From Octopus sinensis (Eukaryota): DNA of 64,000 nucleotides. The position numbers and the translations under genes are program-made. Under the pieces are notes generated by a model. The model had not been told where the DNA came from. It did no database searches and worked only from the letters and a program-made list of their open reading frames with translations. Within the stretch, counting starts at the first letter, position 1, and every line of letters starts with the position of its first letter. This document shows, one piece after another, positions 12,960 to 27,614 of the stretch. The stretch is taken from contig NC_042998.1 of assembly GCF_006345805.1 (NCBI RefSeq), forward strand, positions 120,714,001 to 120,778,000, given 5' to 3'.

Positions 12960-14235
12960 TTCAGAATAAACCAATAATTAATAACCGAATAAAAAATAAA
13001 TGATAAAAAATTAAAATAACCAAATCAAAAATATACGAAATCAAAGTTAATAATAAAATAAAATAATAATGAGTATGAAGGGTGAAAATGTAATGCTGTT
13101 CCAGTTGGTGGATCCATTGCGTAGGGTAATGCTGAAGATGGTAATATTGGAGGTGGAGTGATTGGCCAAGCAAAACTGACAGGCGATGGAGGTGTTCATA
13201 CACAGACAAACATCTCATAGGTGTTCCTAGTGTAGAGGGTGTACTGGTTGGATCCAGTGAGGGAGGTGGTGTTAGTGATGAAGGGACATGTGTGACAACG
13301 GGATCTGGAGCAAGGGAAGGATCTGGATGGGATTGGATTAGAGGTAAGGTGGGAGCTACAGACCAGTAGATCGTGTAGGTTACAGGTGCATTTGAAGGAA
13401 AGCAAGGGCATGCTGGAGAAAATAGGGACAGTGGTGGGATTTAACTGGAGGTGACGGAAGACTCACAAGATCCTCCAATGATGGAGTAGGATGGAGGGGT
13501 AGAAAAGGAGGGGAAAGGGAATGTGGTTGGGGAGTCGGAGTGGGGAAGGAGAGAAGGTAGTAATGCAAATTGATTTGATGAGCATAGATAAGGGCAGTTT
13601 AGACAAGGGTGGGTGGGTATCTACATTGCATAAACAAGCAGGCCAGGTATTAGGACAGGATCTTGAAATCCTGATCCTGGCTACACAGGCATCAGAAGCA
13701 GAGGAACTGGGAGTAGCGGATAGCCTGTTTGGTGTGGGAGAGATGGGAAGAGGAAAAGTTGAGGTAGAAGTGGGGGTCCATAGGTTTGAAGAAGGCAGAG
13801 GTGATGAGAGAGTGGGAGAGGGGATCAATGGAGGGATAGATATCCAAGAAGTTTACAGAAGTGTCAGAGATGGTAGAGGTAAATTTGAGAGAAGGATGGA
13901 AGTTAGAAATGAAAGAGATGAAATTGGAGAGCTGTTCATGGAAAAGGGAGGTGGCATCTATAAAGGTTGTCTATATAGCAACCATATAGCTCTGGGGTTA
14001 GTCCAGAGAATTGTGAGAAGATTTGGGTCTCAACATAACCAACAAATAACTTGGCAAAATTGGAGCTCATTCTCATTTCCATAGCGATGCCAGAGAACTG
14101 CTGGTAAATTTCTTCTGTGAGTGTAAAGCAGTTGGGAATGAGGACAAGTTCTGCTAGGCAGAGAAGGGTGGAGGTGCTGGATGTGGAGTCAGAGCAATGG
14201 TAACTTAGATATGTTTTGACCAAAGACTGGTTCAG
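12960..14235 (-). mobile_element. Penelope-like retroelement remnant (RT + GIY-YIG region)
   Basis: RT YQQFSGIAMEMRMSSNFAKLFVGYVE..LYGCYIDN; thumb-region THPP; linker PFPCSRSRCHTCPF upstream of a decayed GIY-YIG. Confidence 0.85.
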
Positions 14236-14309
14236 GCCATGTCTAACTTAATAGCACCACCTGATAGGATTTATACACACACACACACACACACACATAC
14301 ACACACAAG

Positions 14310-14650
14310 AAGGGGAAAATGCAGTGGGACATATATAATATATACTTTCAGATGTAAAGGATATAACAAAGATTACTTTGGTCAAACAAAACTCATTCTC
14401 AGAAATAGACTAATTATTCATTGTCAACAAATAAAAAATACAAGACCCTAGTACTAGACAGACCCCACTGAGTGGACACATAGACATATGTGTGAAAAAT
14501 AAGTCTCCCAAATTTTAAGTCTTCCTACTTTACCTTCATTCAGTCAATACCACAGATCAAGCACAGATAAACAAAGAAAACATATCCAAACAAAAATGCA
14601 AATCAAAACTGAATGAACTTTAACAACCTACATTCACCAACAACTATTCA
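14310..14650 (+). mobile_element. PLE GIY-YIG endonuclease remnant
   Basis: CSGTYIIYTFRCKGYNKDYFGQTKLILRNRLIIH matches the IY..C..C...YIG.T..L..R...H pattern. Confidence 0.7.
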
Positions 14651-15603
14651 CACACAAACTTATTCTGACACTTGACATGATCTTTTGGACACAATCATGA
14701 TCTTTCCTCATATGATGCATAAAATTAGTGGAGAATGAAATTTAATACCTGCATACAAATCATAACTATTCAGCCACTGGGCTAAATAGAAACAACTCAT
14801 CCCACTCTACCACTGGACAGATTAAATTTAGAGAGCCTTGATTGCTTTGGACTGTCACTAGACACATTCACTCAACTATGTTAGTCCTAATTTTCTGTGC
14901 AAAATATATTGTTAGATGATATTAAAACCTACAAAAATGTCTAAGCCTAATCATCCTAGATCGTCCTCTACCACACGACAGATTAAATTCAACCAGCCTT
15001 GATCAAGTGGGACTATCACAGGGCGTGTTCACTCAACTGTGACAACTTTAACATAGAGCACCCAACGTATTGTCACATGATATTTAAAACTGGGCATAAT
15101 GAGGAACTTACAAAAATTTCTAAAACTAATCATGTGGTTATCCTTTGCCAATCAAATCATATCTAAAACAAATACTAATTTGAGCCATGTTCTCTATAAA
15201 AATAAGGGAATTTTTGAACTCCAATCAAAAGTAAGACAATTGCAGAATATTTCCACGTCTTTCTATCTCAAACATCAGAAAAAACTGAAAATAAAAAATC
15301 TAAACAAATTCCAGTTCATTCTCAACTTCTTTTTCTATATTTCTACCTGTGTGGAATAAAATAACATTAGAATAGAATCACATTAAAAGATCATAAAGAT
15401 AATTTTTATGCAGACCCAAAAGTCAGACTTATTTGCCCATGCAAATCTGATCCAGGGAAATTGAATAAAATAATATTAGATAAATATATCAATAAATTAA
15501 ATAAACTGAATTACTTAAATTTATGGGGTAGTACTAAAGACACATTAGAATGGTTTTATAATATTGAAAATTAAAATAAATATAAATTCATTCAAATAGA
15601 TAT

Positions 15604-15880
15604 TCATCATCATCATCATCATCATTTAACGTCCGTTCTCCATGCTAGCATGAGTTGGATGGTTCGACCGGGGATCTGGGAAGCCAGAAGGCTGCACCAG
15701 GCTCCAGTCTGGTCTGGCAGTGTTTCTACAGCTGGATGCCCTTCCTAATGCCTACCACTCTGTGAGTGTAGTGGGTGCTTTTTACATGCCACCGGCACAG
15801 ATGCCAGGCAAGGTTGGCAACAGCCATGATCAGATTGGTGCTTTTTACGTGCCACCGGCACGGAAGCCAGTCAAGAAACT
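15604..15880 (-). mobile_element. RTE-tail SINE
   Basis: catcatcat-ttaacgtccgttctccatgctagcatg...ggatgcccttcctaatgcc. Further copies at ~20560-20760, 43050-43343, 50104-50282 and 52852-53050. Confidence 0.75.
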
Positions 15881-15884
15881 TAGA

Positions 15885-16475
15885 AGGTGGATTTGCACAA
15901 ATAGAACACTTGAAATATATAAAAAGAAATTATATAGGTTCTTTAATAGATATGTTTTAGGTATTACTATATATGAAGAGAATTATAATGTTAATTTTTT
16001 ATATGCTAATATTAATATTTTAACAGGTATAACCCAACCATTCCATAAAATTAACGAAAACCTGAAATATATAAATGCCTACAGTAATCACCCCGCTTCA
16101 ATCAAGAAATCATTGATAGATAATATAGGAAAAAGAACATCAATGCTTTCATCGAATTATGAGAGCTTCCTACAACATGCACCTTATTATAATGAAGCAT
16201 TAACTAAGACAAGATATAAGGATAGTATTAGATTCTATAATAATAATAGATGTTTAAAAATAATATAAAAGATAATAATGTAAATGATCCCGATAATATT
16301 TATCTTGATAAAAATAGAAATAAAAATAAAGACAATGTTAATAATAATCACAATAATTTTCATAGAGAAAAATATCGTTTAAATAATGAGTACTTTATAG
16401 GTTTAATTCCAATTTTAAATAACTGTATCAGAAAAAGGTTGCTGAATGTTAGCAATTTTTTAAACATAACAAAGA
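15885..16475 (+). mobile_element. AT-rich PLE RT-thumb remnant (possibly Naiad-type)
   Basis: PFHKINENLKYINAYSNHPASIKKSL..RTSMLSSNYESF...PYYNEAL, then a decayed WFNP-like segment near 16400. Clade assignment is from memory. Confidence 0.6.
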
Positions 16476-16559
16476 ATTAATGTTTTGTTAGATAAAATAA
16501 ATCAAAGCTGAAATTTCTCTTTCTTTTATAAACATCATAAAGGTCTTGAAGGCACTTGA

Positions 16560-17262
16560 TTGCCTGTTCTGCACTCTGATTTGTTCTGGGAATTACCAGT
16601 TTTGATGGTTCTCAACTCCAAAAGTCTTTTACAGAGTTCAATGATTTTTTATGAACTTGCAGGCTACCACATAACTTCTGATAATCATGTGCATTGAACA
16701 TTTGGTCATTAAATCAAAAATCTGCTCAACTGTAAGAGATGAATTGACAAACATTGAGAAGCAAAACTCTTTTCTCTGGTAGAAGATTAACTGCCAAAAG
16801 AGCTAGTATTGCTTGAGAAATCCATCTTGCATTACTTAAGTTAGGTATTTTTTTAAACTTTACAGTAGGAAATTTGTCGGTTTCTTCAAAGAAAGGAAAA
16901 ACTCCAAATGAAATAGAAATTTCGTGTAATCTCACCATCCTGCCAATTCAGTAATTTTTTCACATTTCTTTTCCCAGTGTTCACACTCATATCAGCAACA
17001 ATCATCTTTACACAGTTCCATAAATTGTATTCATCTAAAACAGCTGTTATTCCTTTCACAACAGTATCAGCTTTTCCATTTAGTGATTGGAGTGCTTCTA
17101 ACTTAAATTCTCACTGTTCATTCTTTAAAACTAGCACTTGGTATTCTTGGTCATCAATACGTTTACCATCAAAATGCAATGACCAGTTTTCTAAATGTAG
17201 TGTTTTCTTCATTTTCTATTTTAGTTTAACAACTTCTTTGATAGTTGATCTGCTAGCAGCTT
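16560..17262 (-). mobile_element. hAT-like transposase remnant
   Basis: Minus frames give SLHFDGK..EYQVLVLKNE..NGKADTVVKGITAVLDEYNLW..KMIVAD and PNLSNARW..AILAL. Confidence 0.5.
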
Positions 17263-17264
17263 GA

Positions 17265-17705
17265 GCGACTTAAGTCAGTTCTAGAAGAAAAATGGCCATC
17301 TTTGGTTCCAAGACGAAAGGTGTTCTTCCATCAGGATAATGCTTGGCCACATACTGCAAGAATGCCATTCCAAAGATTGAAGCAGTTTGAACGGGAAACA
17401 ATGCCCTACTCACCATATTTTCTGGACATTGCCCCATCTGGTTATCATTTATTCCACAGCCTTCAAAATTATTTGTCAGAAAAAATATGAATTTTGTAGA
17501 CGAGGTCAGAACCATACTGGAAGAATACTTTTCATCACAGACAAGTGAACTTTGGAAGAGGGGCCTTGCAAGTATACCAGATAGATGGAAGAGCATTGTA
17601 CAAAATGAAGGAGAGTATATTTTAGATTAAAAAAGAACTTTGTCTTAATTTTGAAAAATTTATCTTAATTTTGAAAAAAACTGCATTATTTATGGGATGA
17701 CCCAA
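17265..17705 (+). mobile_element. Mariner 3' end (DD34D catalytic C-terminus + TIR)
   Basis: FHQDNAWPHTA, YSPYFLDIAPSGYHLF, WKRGLASIPDRWKSIVQNEGEY; TIR ...gggatgacccaaTA. Confidence 0.9.
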
Positions 17706-19019
17706 TATATATATATATATATGCAGTTTTATGGCAACATGTTTAGTGTATGTACTCTTGCCGATATTTTGTGTAATCTGTAAGTACAATCAACTTGTAG
17801 GTGGAACAAGTGACATTATAGACTGCAGCTAACAAGATGTTCGTGTGTGATAGAACACAAGAAATACAATAGCTATTAAGTTGTTATTATAGCTCTCTAG
17901 TAAACACACATTTGTGAGAAATACAAGTTATTTCTGAACAAGAGAAAGAATTTCTATAATTCTTCAGCATGTCTAAAATTACAAGGTATTCTTGCATCCG
18001 TACCATACTCTTACATGACATTTATAACATGGCTGAGAACAGTGTTTCTCAATAGTTAGCTATGTGATTCTTATAGACATTGAACTCTCCCTCACAAGCT
18101 AAGTCTGCTGTAAAATGGAAGCATGAAGGGTACAATTGAATGTCATCAGTAGAGTTGAGGCCTAGTATATCTGATTTCTCTTACAATTACAATTATGAAG
18201 AAATAGAAAGAGGAGTTTATGCAGTTGGTTGTTGCTGTTGTTATTTAGTCCTTGGACAGAGCAGACATATGATGAATAGCATTCCTGCCATGACCATCCC
18301 TTCTTTTATTCAGGCAATATACATCCTTTCTTTGTCCACATTGTCTAAAATATTCTTTTCCTTTTTAGAAAGTGGCATGTAATTTGTGGAAAACTTGTCT
18401 GTTATTTCAAGCAGTTGAAGCAAACATGTATATAATATGATTGACTCAAAACGGGGTCTGTACTATTATCATTTCTTAAGAGAATTAGAGATAAATTTAT
18501 GAGGTTTATAGAAAGGGAGTGGAGTCATTCTGGATTAAAGATTTGACTTTGCTCATAGTTTACCCCCAACATTACACCACCCATCACAAGGCCACTATAT
18601 CCCAAACAAAGAGTCTGTTAAATTAGAGTTGACGGCAAATTAGCTGAATCATTACAGCAGTATTTAATTCTAGCCTTTACAATCTCAGTTCAAATCTGGA
18701 TAAGATCAATTTCCCTTTTCATCTATTCAAGATCAATAAAGTAAAGTAATAGGATTGATTGAACTGATGATGCTAGTTTCTCTCAGACTTTTTCAAGAAA
18801 GAGATTACAACTGGGATTGTTGAGTGAATCTTCTTTGTGCTACTTGTGCTTTTAAGTGCAGAAAAGCATAAGCCCTAGCTGCTACAAATATTATTAGCTT
18901 TGAAAGACATTGATAATAGGACAATGCCATACATACTTAACAGTATACATTAATTATTTGTCTGATATAAATCAACTCAAGAAGCTTAGTGTGCTGGGCT
19001 CACACATACACTCATGCAC

Positions 19020-19088
19020 ACACACACACACACACACATTTATTCATTTGTTCATTCATCCATCCATCCATCATCATCATCATCATCA

Positions 19089-19148
<60 letters not shown>

Positions 19149-19275
19149 TCCATCCATCCATCCATCCATCCATCCATCCATCCATACATACATACATACA
19201 TACATACATGCATACATACATACATACATACATACATACATACATACACACATACATACATACATACATACATAC
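19020..19275. repeat. Compound microsatellite (CA)n-(CATC)n-(CAT)n-(CATC)n-(CATA)n
   Basis: Direct reading of the sequence. Confidence 0.95.
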
Positions 19276-21639
19276 TCAAGGGATATAGGGATGTAGCTTG
19301 GCCTTGATAAATGTCTTTACATAATTGTAAAATGAGAAAGGACTACAAGCCTGTCTAACAACATTTCTATCAACATCCTGGCTATTTCTCAACTATTGGA
19401 TGAGGAAGGTTACACAGGTGCTTAAGGATGGATGAAAATAGATCCTATGATAAAACTTGTTACAAGGAAAATGTAATCAGGGAAGATAACACCAGCATTT
19501 AAAAAAATGTTTCTCAAAACTCTCTGTATACAACAAATTTAAATCCTACAATCCATGGGAAGTGATTAATTTGAGTAATGTTAATAACAATATTCATCTT
19601 AACAACTAGAATCAAATAAAGATATGGAAAACAACAATGAGCTTAGAGTGTATACAGTGCTCAGATGCACTACAACTCATTGGAAGAGGGTAAAAGAGGG
19701 ACAGACAGCAGCAATTCAGGTTTAAAAAATGATAGCAATGGTAGAGAAAAATTCATGTATAGTACACAAGAGGGCAGAAAAGTAAGCAGCAAAGGAACCA
19801 CAAAACAAAAAGAGTGAAGTGTTGGCAAATTACTAGAAGCATGAAGTGTTCTGACAATTCTAAGCATGAAAAAAATTAATTCCAAAAGTCATGGGTTCTG
19901 GGGTTCTTTTTTTCCTTTTCTTTTATAAACATGTGCATGAGTGAGGTATTGAACTCAAATCATGACTGAATTCAGTATTGGAAAGATAGAGGCTAAACTT
20001 ATGGGTTTGTGCCAAAACAGCTTCTAGATGTCAAACCTTTAGTGTAAAGATTTGATGCCCTGATGAGCAAAACATTCAAGACAGTGACTATTTGGAGGTA
20101 TTTGTGTCATTGCACATCTCTGGACAGCTTCTTATAAATCAATATTGGGAATAAGATGGCACACTAGACTAGAGGCACACTGTAATCGTGGATATACCAT
20201 AGCCATATATGGCTTTAAATAGATAACCAATAAGTGGCTGACAAGGGTCTTAATGAGAGATGTTACAATACCTTCAGCCTTTTTAAATGATTTTAGATAA
20301 GCGGTTCATCCAACACGGATCAATGTTGACAATAATGTTTGGATCGTGTTTACCAGCAGACTTCTTAAGTTTGGTGTTGTAGAAGAAAGCTGGGAGTATC
20401 AACAAACAAATTCTGAAAACATTGTTTATATTTGTTGATATAATTTGGGAGTTAATTAGAAATAAGAGCCAAAGTTTGTTATCGTTTGAGGTTAGTGTTT
20501 TCATACCCCTGGGCCACTTACATTGCTTGTCTGTTTCTTTTTTTCTTAATTCCACTCTTTCATCGATATTTAACATTTGTCTTCGATGCTGGCGTGGGTT
20601 GGATGTTTGACAGGATCCAACAAGCTGGAGGACTGAACTGAGCTCCAATATTTGCTTTGGCATGGTTTCCATAGCTGGATGTCCTTCCTAACACTAACAC
20701 CTAACACCAACCATGTTACAGAATGCACTAAGTCCTTTGGTCATGGCATCAGCACTAGTGAAGTTGCTAAATAACTCATAAGACAAAAAATAGCTGAGTA
20801 AGGGTGTGGTAGAGAGGGAGGTGACTTTATGCTAGGTGTTGAGAGGCTAGAGTATGATAGAGGAACAAGAACAGGTATTTTGCTTTAGTGGAGGTACATG
20901 GCTATGTTGCATTATGTAAGCTTGTATGCAATAACTGGAAAGAGAGAAGACAAAGAGAGTGAAGACGTGTTCAGTGCATACCCTCTATGTATATGCAGGT
21001 GAGTGGAAGAGAGAATAGTGACAGGTCAAGAAGGGTGAGCGGAGAGTGATATACCATTATAAATGGAGGGATATGTAAATGAATGGAGCACAAGGCTGGA
21101 GATGTGATCATTGGTAAATATAAGTTTCAGGGGTGGAGGTGATAAGAAATAGTACCAGTGGAAAATGTGATAAGAAACAGGAGACTGAGGAAGGAAGAGC
21201 TAATAAGTGGCAGTATGGAAAGATAAATACAAAATATGGAGATGATGTGAGGGTAGGAGATGGATAAAGGATGAGTGTGAGGAAGAGTGAGACTGAAAGA
21301 GAGAGAGGGAGAGAGAGGGAGAGAGATACAGTGACAGAGATGGAGATCAAAGATGCTTAGGAGTGTATGTAATGAGTTGCTAACTAAGAGGAGGTCAATG
21401 GCAGATATAAGAGGAGGTTAAGAATGAGGTAAGGCAGTCATAAGATGTAGCTCAGAAGAAAGAAAAAAATAATTGGTGACACATATGTATGCATGTGCGT
21501 GTGTGTATGTGTGCATGGTTATATATATCATCCATACAGAGTGCAATGGGTAAATTGTTACCATTATATATTTTTAATTTTGCACATGTGCATTGTTTGT
21601 TTTTGATTTTGTCCACTGCACAGTATAGTAGGGACAGTT

Positions 21640-22205
21640 GGACACTGTCCTTGAGAAAAACAGCACCATGATGCAATTCACTCTGCCAGAAATTTGAAAA
21701 TGACATGCTGTACTGCTTGGCATTCATGCTAGAAGCTCCAATACAACCATTTCAGAGTGTTTGGGTGTGAAAGTGAGGATAGTGCAGCGGATTCAGAAAG
21801 AGTTGGATGAGTCTAATGGTGATTACAAAGGTACAGCAGCTCAAGAAAATTGAAAATTCACTCTGATCGTTCTGATATGAAAAGAACTCCTGAATTTGTT
21901 GGTGAGATCCAGGCCATGATTGACAACAATCCCTCCAAGTCAATCAAGTTCATAGGAATGTCTTATCAGGCAGGTAGAGTATGAAGACATTCGGTATTCC
22001 TCATACAAGATGAGAAAGGGCCAGTTTTTATCCCAAGCCATCAAGGACAAGAGGAAAGACAGCACTACAACACTTTCGAACAAACTCAATCATCCCCTCC
22101 AACCGAACATGTTTTGGTTTTTCTCAGATGAGGAGAAAAATTTCTGCCAGGATCAGATGGTAAACACACAGAACCACCATTGGCTTGCTGCAACCCCAAA
22201 ACATG
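21640..22205 (+). mobile_element. Tc1/mariner-superfamily transposase 5' remnant (DD37D/DD41D-like), truncated by a PLE
   Basis: RTPEFVGEIQAMIDNNPSKS, YKMRKGQFLS, WFFSDE.KNF.QDQMVNTQN. Confidence 0.7.
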
Positions 22206-22224
22206 CAGTTCTCTGGATATGATC

Positions 22225-22915
22225 AGAAAGATAGGGTTCGAGTATACAGGGGGTCTAGAAAGAAATCAGATAACATTATATGTAATGATACCAGTGGTAC
22301 CTGCCCTAGATACAGAAACAAAGAATGGAATTAGATACAAAGAACTTGTGACAAAGCAAACAGGGCGAACACATGGTACAAAATTGACAAATATCAAGGA
22401 GTGATGTTTGTAGAAGCCACAGCCCATGGAGAACTAGCCCATTGATGTAGAAAAGCTCTGAAAAAGACCAAACTCAACATTAAGATTGTTGAAAAGCTAA
22501 GGAACTCTGTAAGATCACAACTATGTAGGACGTACCCCTTTGAGAATACCATATGCACCAATGATAACTGCATGGTATGTAGGATTAGCGATGGCATTAA
22601 CTGTAAAACTAGAAATGTAGTTTACAGCATAAGATGCATAGAAGGTGCTTGTAAAGACATGAACATGACATACATAGGGGAGACATCTAGGAGCATTGCG
22701 GAACAACTAAATGAACATCTGAGAAAATATGACAACAAAAAACAGTCCTCCATACTCTACCAACATGCTAAAGACCAACATGGATGCAACCTGGGTCAAC
22801 TTGACATCCGCATCTTATCCAAGCACCCAAAAGACTCAACACTCAGACAAATACGGGAGTACGTTCTTATAAATGAAACTTCCCCAATATTAAATAGTGA
22901 ATATACATAACAGAT
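22225..22915 (+). mobile_element. PLE 3' ORF remnant with GIY-YIG endonuclease
   Basis: C..DNCMVC..CKTRNVVYSIRC..C...YIGETSRSIAEQLNEH..HAKDQH..LRQIRE (ORF 22572-22910). Confidence 0.85.
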
Positions 22916-23559
22916 ATCATACCCCCATACCCACAGTTTACACAGGAAGAGTAAAATAGTGAGTGGTTTGTTATGTAGATAGATGAATGTATGTGTGTAT
23001 GGGTGGGTGTATATATGTATGTGTATATGCACATATATGCAAGTATATGGTTATGAAATTAAACAGATCAACACACAAACGGATAGGTATATAGGTTATA
23101 TGAACAGGCAACCACACGTACGCAAATGGAGACTGAAACACATAACCATAAATACACACACACTTTACTCCACACAAGGACACATATGGAGACATGCATC
23201 CACACATATGGAGATGCACATCCATACATACAAACACAGTACATAGTTGCAAAATACACACGCCCACACACTCTGACATGCACACACAAGGAGACAGAGA
23301 TGCATACATATATAAACACATGCACACACATACACACACATATATAAAAAAAAACACAAACATGGACACGCTAGTACATGAATTAAGCAGAATACATACA
23401 TACAAATGCACACACATACATACATATATACATATGCACACACACACACATATATACATACATACACACGGATACATACATACATACATACATACATACA
23501 TACATACATAGGCACACACACACACATGTGCACAAACAAACAAAAGGAAACGTAATGTA

Positions 23560-23770
23560 AATAACGGACAGAGTCAAAACTATTGAAAAGGCTGCAAGAA
23601 GCAACGAAACTTTTGGGGGAAATAAAAATAAGAAATAAATGGAAATTTTGCCGGTGCATATGTTAAATTATAAGGCACAAAAAGAAAATGACTCACCCCA
23701 GACACAACAGAATATGCTTCAACACACGAACTCACATAAAGAATCTTGCAAACCAAATCCCAAGCGAAAT
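23560..23770 (+). mobile_element. PLE-type tail ending in (TA)n, with decayed HHR-like segment
   Basis: Its terminal motif resembles those at 29730-29765 and 41925-41960; ctattga..gctgc/gcaac-gaaac near 23580. Confidence 0.4.
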
Positions 23771-23816
<46 letters not shown>

Positions 23817-23905
23817 TAATCCAAACAAGAAAACAAAAAGACAACAACGCGAGGATGTGGAACAAATAAAGTATTATTGGGCGCTCAGGAAAGAAGGGAA
23901 GAAGG

Positions 23906-23974
<69 letters not shown>

Positions 23975-24852
23975 CGTACGTACGTACATACATACATACA
24001 TACATACATGTGTACGCACATACATATGGGTGTGTACATATGTGTCTATCAGTTATTAACTTTGAACAAATAGGGAACATGCCTATCATGACACCATTCC
24101 TGTTTCTTTTGCATTCGTCATGACCTCATCACAGGCCTCTGCTCCTTTGTGTGACTATGTTGTTTACCGTAAAACAGTCCTTCCTATGTTTATTACGTAA
24201 TGGAACCCACTACTGAAAACACTCCCTTATCTGTTTACTTTCATTTTTCCGTCATTACTTTATAGGTTATGGTTAGAAAAAGGATTGGATTGAGTGTTAG
24301 TGTTCTTTTTTTATTTAAAATTAATCCTTGAAAGGATATATATATATATTATATATATATATATATATATACACACAAAATTCAGGGTGAATACTTGATA
24401 ACTGTAAGCACCTGTATATGCCAGTTAGTGGTGTAAGTGATAGGGTATATTTATCAAAAGAAAAACAGGATGCAAAGGATTTAGCGGTACGTATGTTTCT
24501 GGCTTTATTGGACAATTTATATCAATGCATAATTGATGTAACATGTATGTCAATAGCCTTCTTCAACCGCATACAATTACCACACCAAAGACATGTATTA
24601 CATTATAGCAGGTTTGAGAAGAAGTTTTGGAAAAAGACGAGTTTCGTTGGGAATGCAAATCCTCATAGTCGTATATGGCATATATACGGCATGGAAGGCA
24701 GACGTTAAATGGTGATGATGATGATGATGATATAGGCAAGGCTATGTGGTTAATAAACTAGTTTGCCAATCATGGGGTTTCATTTTCAGTTTTACTACAC
24801 AGCACCTTTTGCAAGTGTCAACTACCATAGCTCTCAGGCTGACTAATTCCTT

Positions 24853-24898
<46 letters not shown>

Positions 24899-25729
24899 TG
24901 TGTGTGTGTGTGTGTGTGGTGTGTGTGTGTGTGTGTTTTGAGTGGGATGGGTTACTCAACCAGAAGAAAATTGTAGCTGGGTCCCACCTGCAAGATCATG
25001 CACTGTTTATCTTGATATGAGATCTCCATGTCACGCACATATGGTAGTGATGCATGTGCCTGGTGTACCCATATCAGACGGGTAGCCATGATGGGTATAC
25101 TGGGCTTCATATATTTTACCCCGGTGTCACTTTGATGGCATGCACCACTCTCTCACTCAATAATAATAATAATAATAATAATTATATATCTGCTTTCCAT
25201 GTTGGCATGGGTTTGACAGATGATCATAATCTGACTCAGTACATATTGGGACCAATTGTTCTCATAGATAAGTGCACATAAACTTCATTTTAGCTTGGTT
25301 TCCATGCCTGGATGCCCTTCCTATCACTAGCTGCTTTATACAGTGTATTGTTTTCAGACAATCTAACTGTCTTGTCCTTAATTACATATCAAGTTTGGAG
25401 AATTCTTCATTCATGAGAATCCTCTTTACATTCGGAATTGGTCTACACTTTCTGGAAGTAGAGATAGTTTGAATAAATCAAGAACTAATTTTGTATGTTA
25501 TTTGATATACCCTTATTCATCTTTGTTGCTCAAATGCATGTCACTGGCCACTGAGAGTTACTTCTCTTATCACATTTTCATCTCATTTATGCAAATTACT
25601 TTGGCCATAAATGTGTTCTACTCTTTTTTGTATTTGGCTGGTATCTCATCTGCTGAATATAAGGTAGGATAATTGCTGTGCTGATGATGCACACATGTGT
25701 GTATGAGTATCTATCTATCTATCTATCTA

Positions 25730-25764
<35 letters not shown>

Positions 25765-25766
<2 letters not shown>

Positions 25767-26090
25767 CGGGAAGCTTTATGAAAATAAACAAAAGACGAAG
25801 GCAGGTGGAAGACAAACGAACAATTGTATTAGTATGGCGCTCAGAAATATAATAAAACAAGTCTTTAACGTTTCGAGCCTACGCTCTTCAACAGAAAGAT
25901 ACACAGAGAGAGAAAAACAGAAAGAAGGAGAGAAAAAAATGCGTGCAGTAGCTAACGAATCAACATGGCGATCTGATTTCGGCCAGAGGTCAAAGATCAA
26001 ACACGAGACGCGAGAGCGAAATAAGGGGAGATAATAGGGTTGATAAAAGGGTTGAGTGACCAGCTAAAAGTGCGTGGGAGGGGTCTGGAT
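25765..26090 (-). mobile_element. PLE-type 3' terminal repeat ending in (TA)n
   Basis: CpG-rich young copy containing the HHR motif at 25862-25899; related to 895-1075. Confidence 0.65.
25862..25899 (-). ncRNA. Minimal type I hammerhead motif (A6U variant)
   Basis: TCTTT-CTGTTGA-A-GAGC(gtag)GCTC-GAAA-CG-T-T-AAAGA on the minus strand. Confidence 0.6.
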
Positions 26091-26131
26091 GTGTGTATGT
26101 ATAGGGTTGGTGTATGTATTAGTATGTATAC

Positions 26132-26166
<35 letters not shown>

Positions 26167-26266
26167 AGAGAGTATTAGTGCGTAAGATGGGTCTGGACGT
26201 GCGTATGTATGGGGTTGTGTATGTATTAGTATGTATTAGTATGTATTAGTACGTATTGATGTATAG

Positions 26267-26316
<50 letters not shown>

Positions 26317-26796
26317 ATATATACATACACATACATACATAGTCAGACAGATATATATACATACACACATAGTCAGATAGACATAGTATTTTGTGGTTTA
26401 TCTCATTTTAAAGCCTAATATATTTTTGCTAAATATACCTAATTCATTTTTGGAAAGCTTCATTACTTAGCATCTTGAGTAGAAACAAAGTTTCATTATA
26501 ATCTTTAACCTTCTGTTGGGTTTGTGCAGAGTGAGACATTTGACACTATCTACAGTTAATTATCATGAAAAGATTTTCACATTACCATTTATTTTAAGTG
26601 TTTGGGTTTGCTTTTATCATTTTATCTGATAGTAATATTGTGAGTATGTTTATATGTGGTTTTCTTTAATTTGTATAAATTTTTAGTTTTGATAGTTCAT
26701 ACATATGTATTTAAAAGGTGATATTTGGTCTTTTAACATAGTTTCAAAGTTGTTAGCATAATTTCTAAACCTGTTATACATATATATACATATATG

Positions 26797-26837
<41 letters not shown>

Positions 26838-27614
26838 CTTCTTGATATGTCGATACCGACGGTATCAGGGCATTGAAAAAATGACAAAAATCGATTCCAA
26901 GTGAGAACGCGATCGATAAAGCCATGGGAACGTGCATTTGTATGTGCAAGTACATCAGCTGTTGCGATCGATACTACACATATGCAAGAAAAATGCACGT
27001 GCAGTTTGCGCAAAAAAAGCCGGCTGGCTTGAAATAATGCCACAAACATCCCGTAAAGTAAGCTAGCTTAAAATTAGTTACTTAGTTCCCTAGGTTGTTG
27101 CTTTTCATCAAAAATCGCCCCAAGTTGATTTCCTACATGTTTTATCGGATAAACTTATTATTGTCCCAGGTACGATCTCATAAATTCATCATGCTTTTCC
27201 ATCTAGATTTACCTCCAGCTAACCCATTTGCATGCATCATTTTTGTCTTGCTTTTCTTCCGTCAACCTGTACATAACTGCACCTTCCATTTTTTGTTGTT
27301 TTTGTACTGCTTAAAGGAACGTTTCTTTCCTGTCAAGCTTACTGTTTAAACCATGTTTGTGTTCTCCCAGTCAACAGCCTTATCATTACTGGTACTTTAA
27401 ACCCTCCAGTTGCATATTTGGTGAATAAAATTGTTTTTCTTTGGAATAGAAAAAAGTCTATCTTTATTTCTTCTTTTGCTAGTGTCTCAAATTTAGGTTA
27501 AATCAGTGTTTCTCAAAGGGGAGGCCTATGGGACAGTTGGACAAGTTGTTTTGAGAAAATTTGGTTTAAATGTTTGACAACTCAGCACTTTCCATTGGAC
27601 AGGTGGCGTTTTGC

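Noticed and set aside
13521-14084. 187 aa plus-strand ORF
   Set aside because: It is antisense to the PLE RT remnant; no independent motifs.
23572-23620. HHR-like ctattga..gctgc/gcaac-GAAAC and its relative at ~10735-10770
   Set aside because: Two core changes and no workable stem III; at best a decayed motif.
27090-27400. piggyBac C-terminal cysteine-rich remnant on minus strand
   Set aside because: Only vague similarity; the cysteine pattern is not recoverable.
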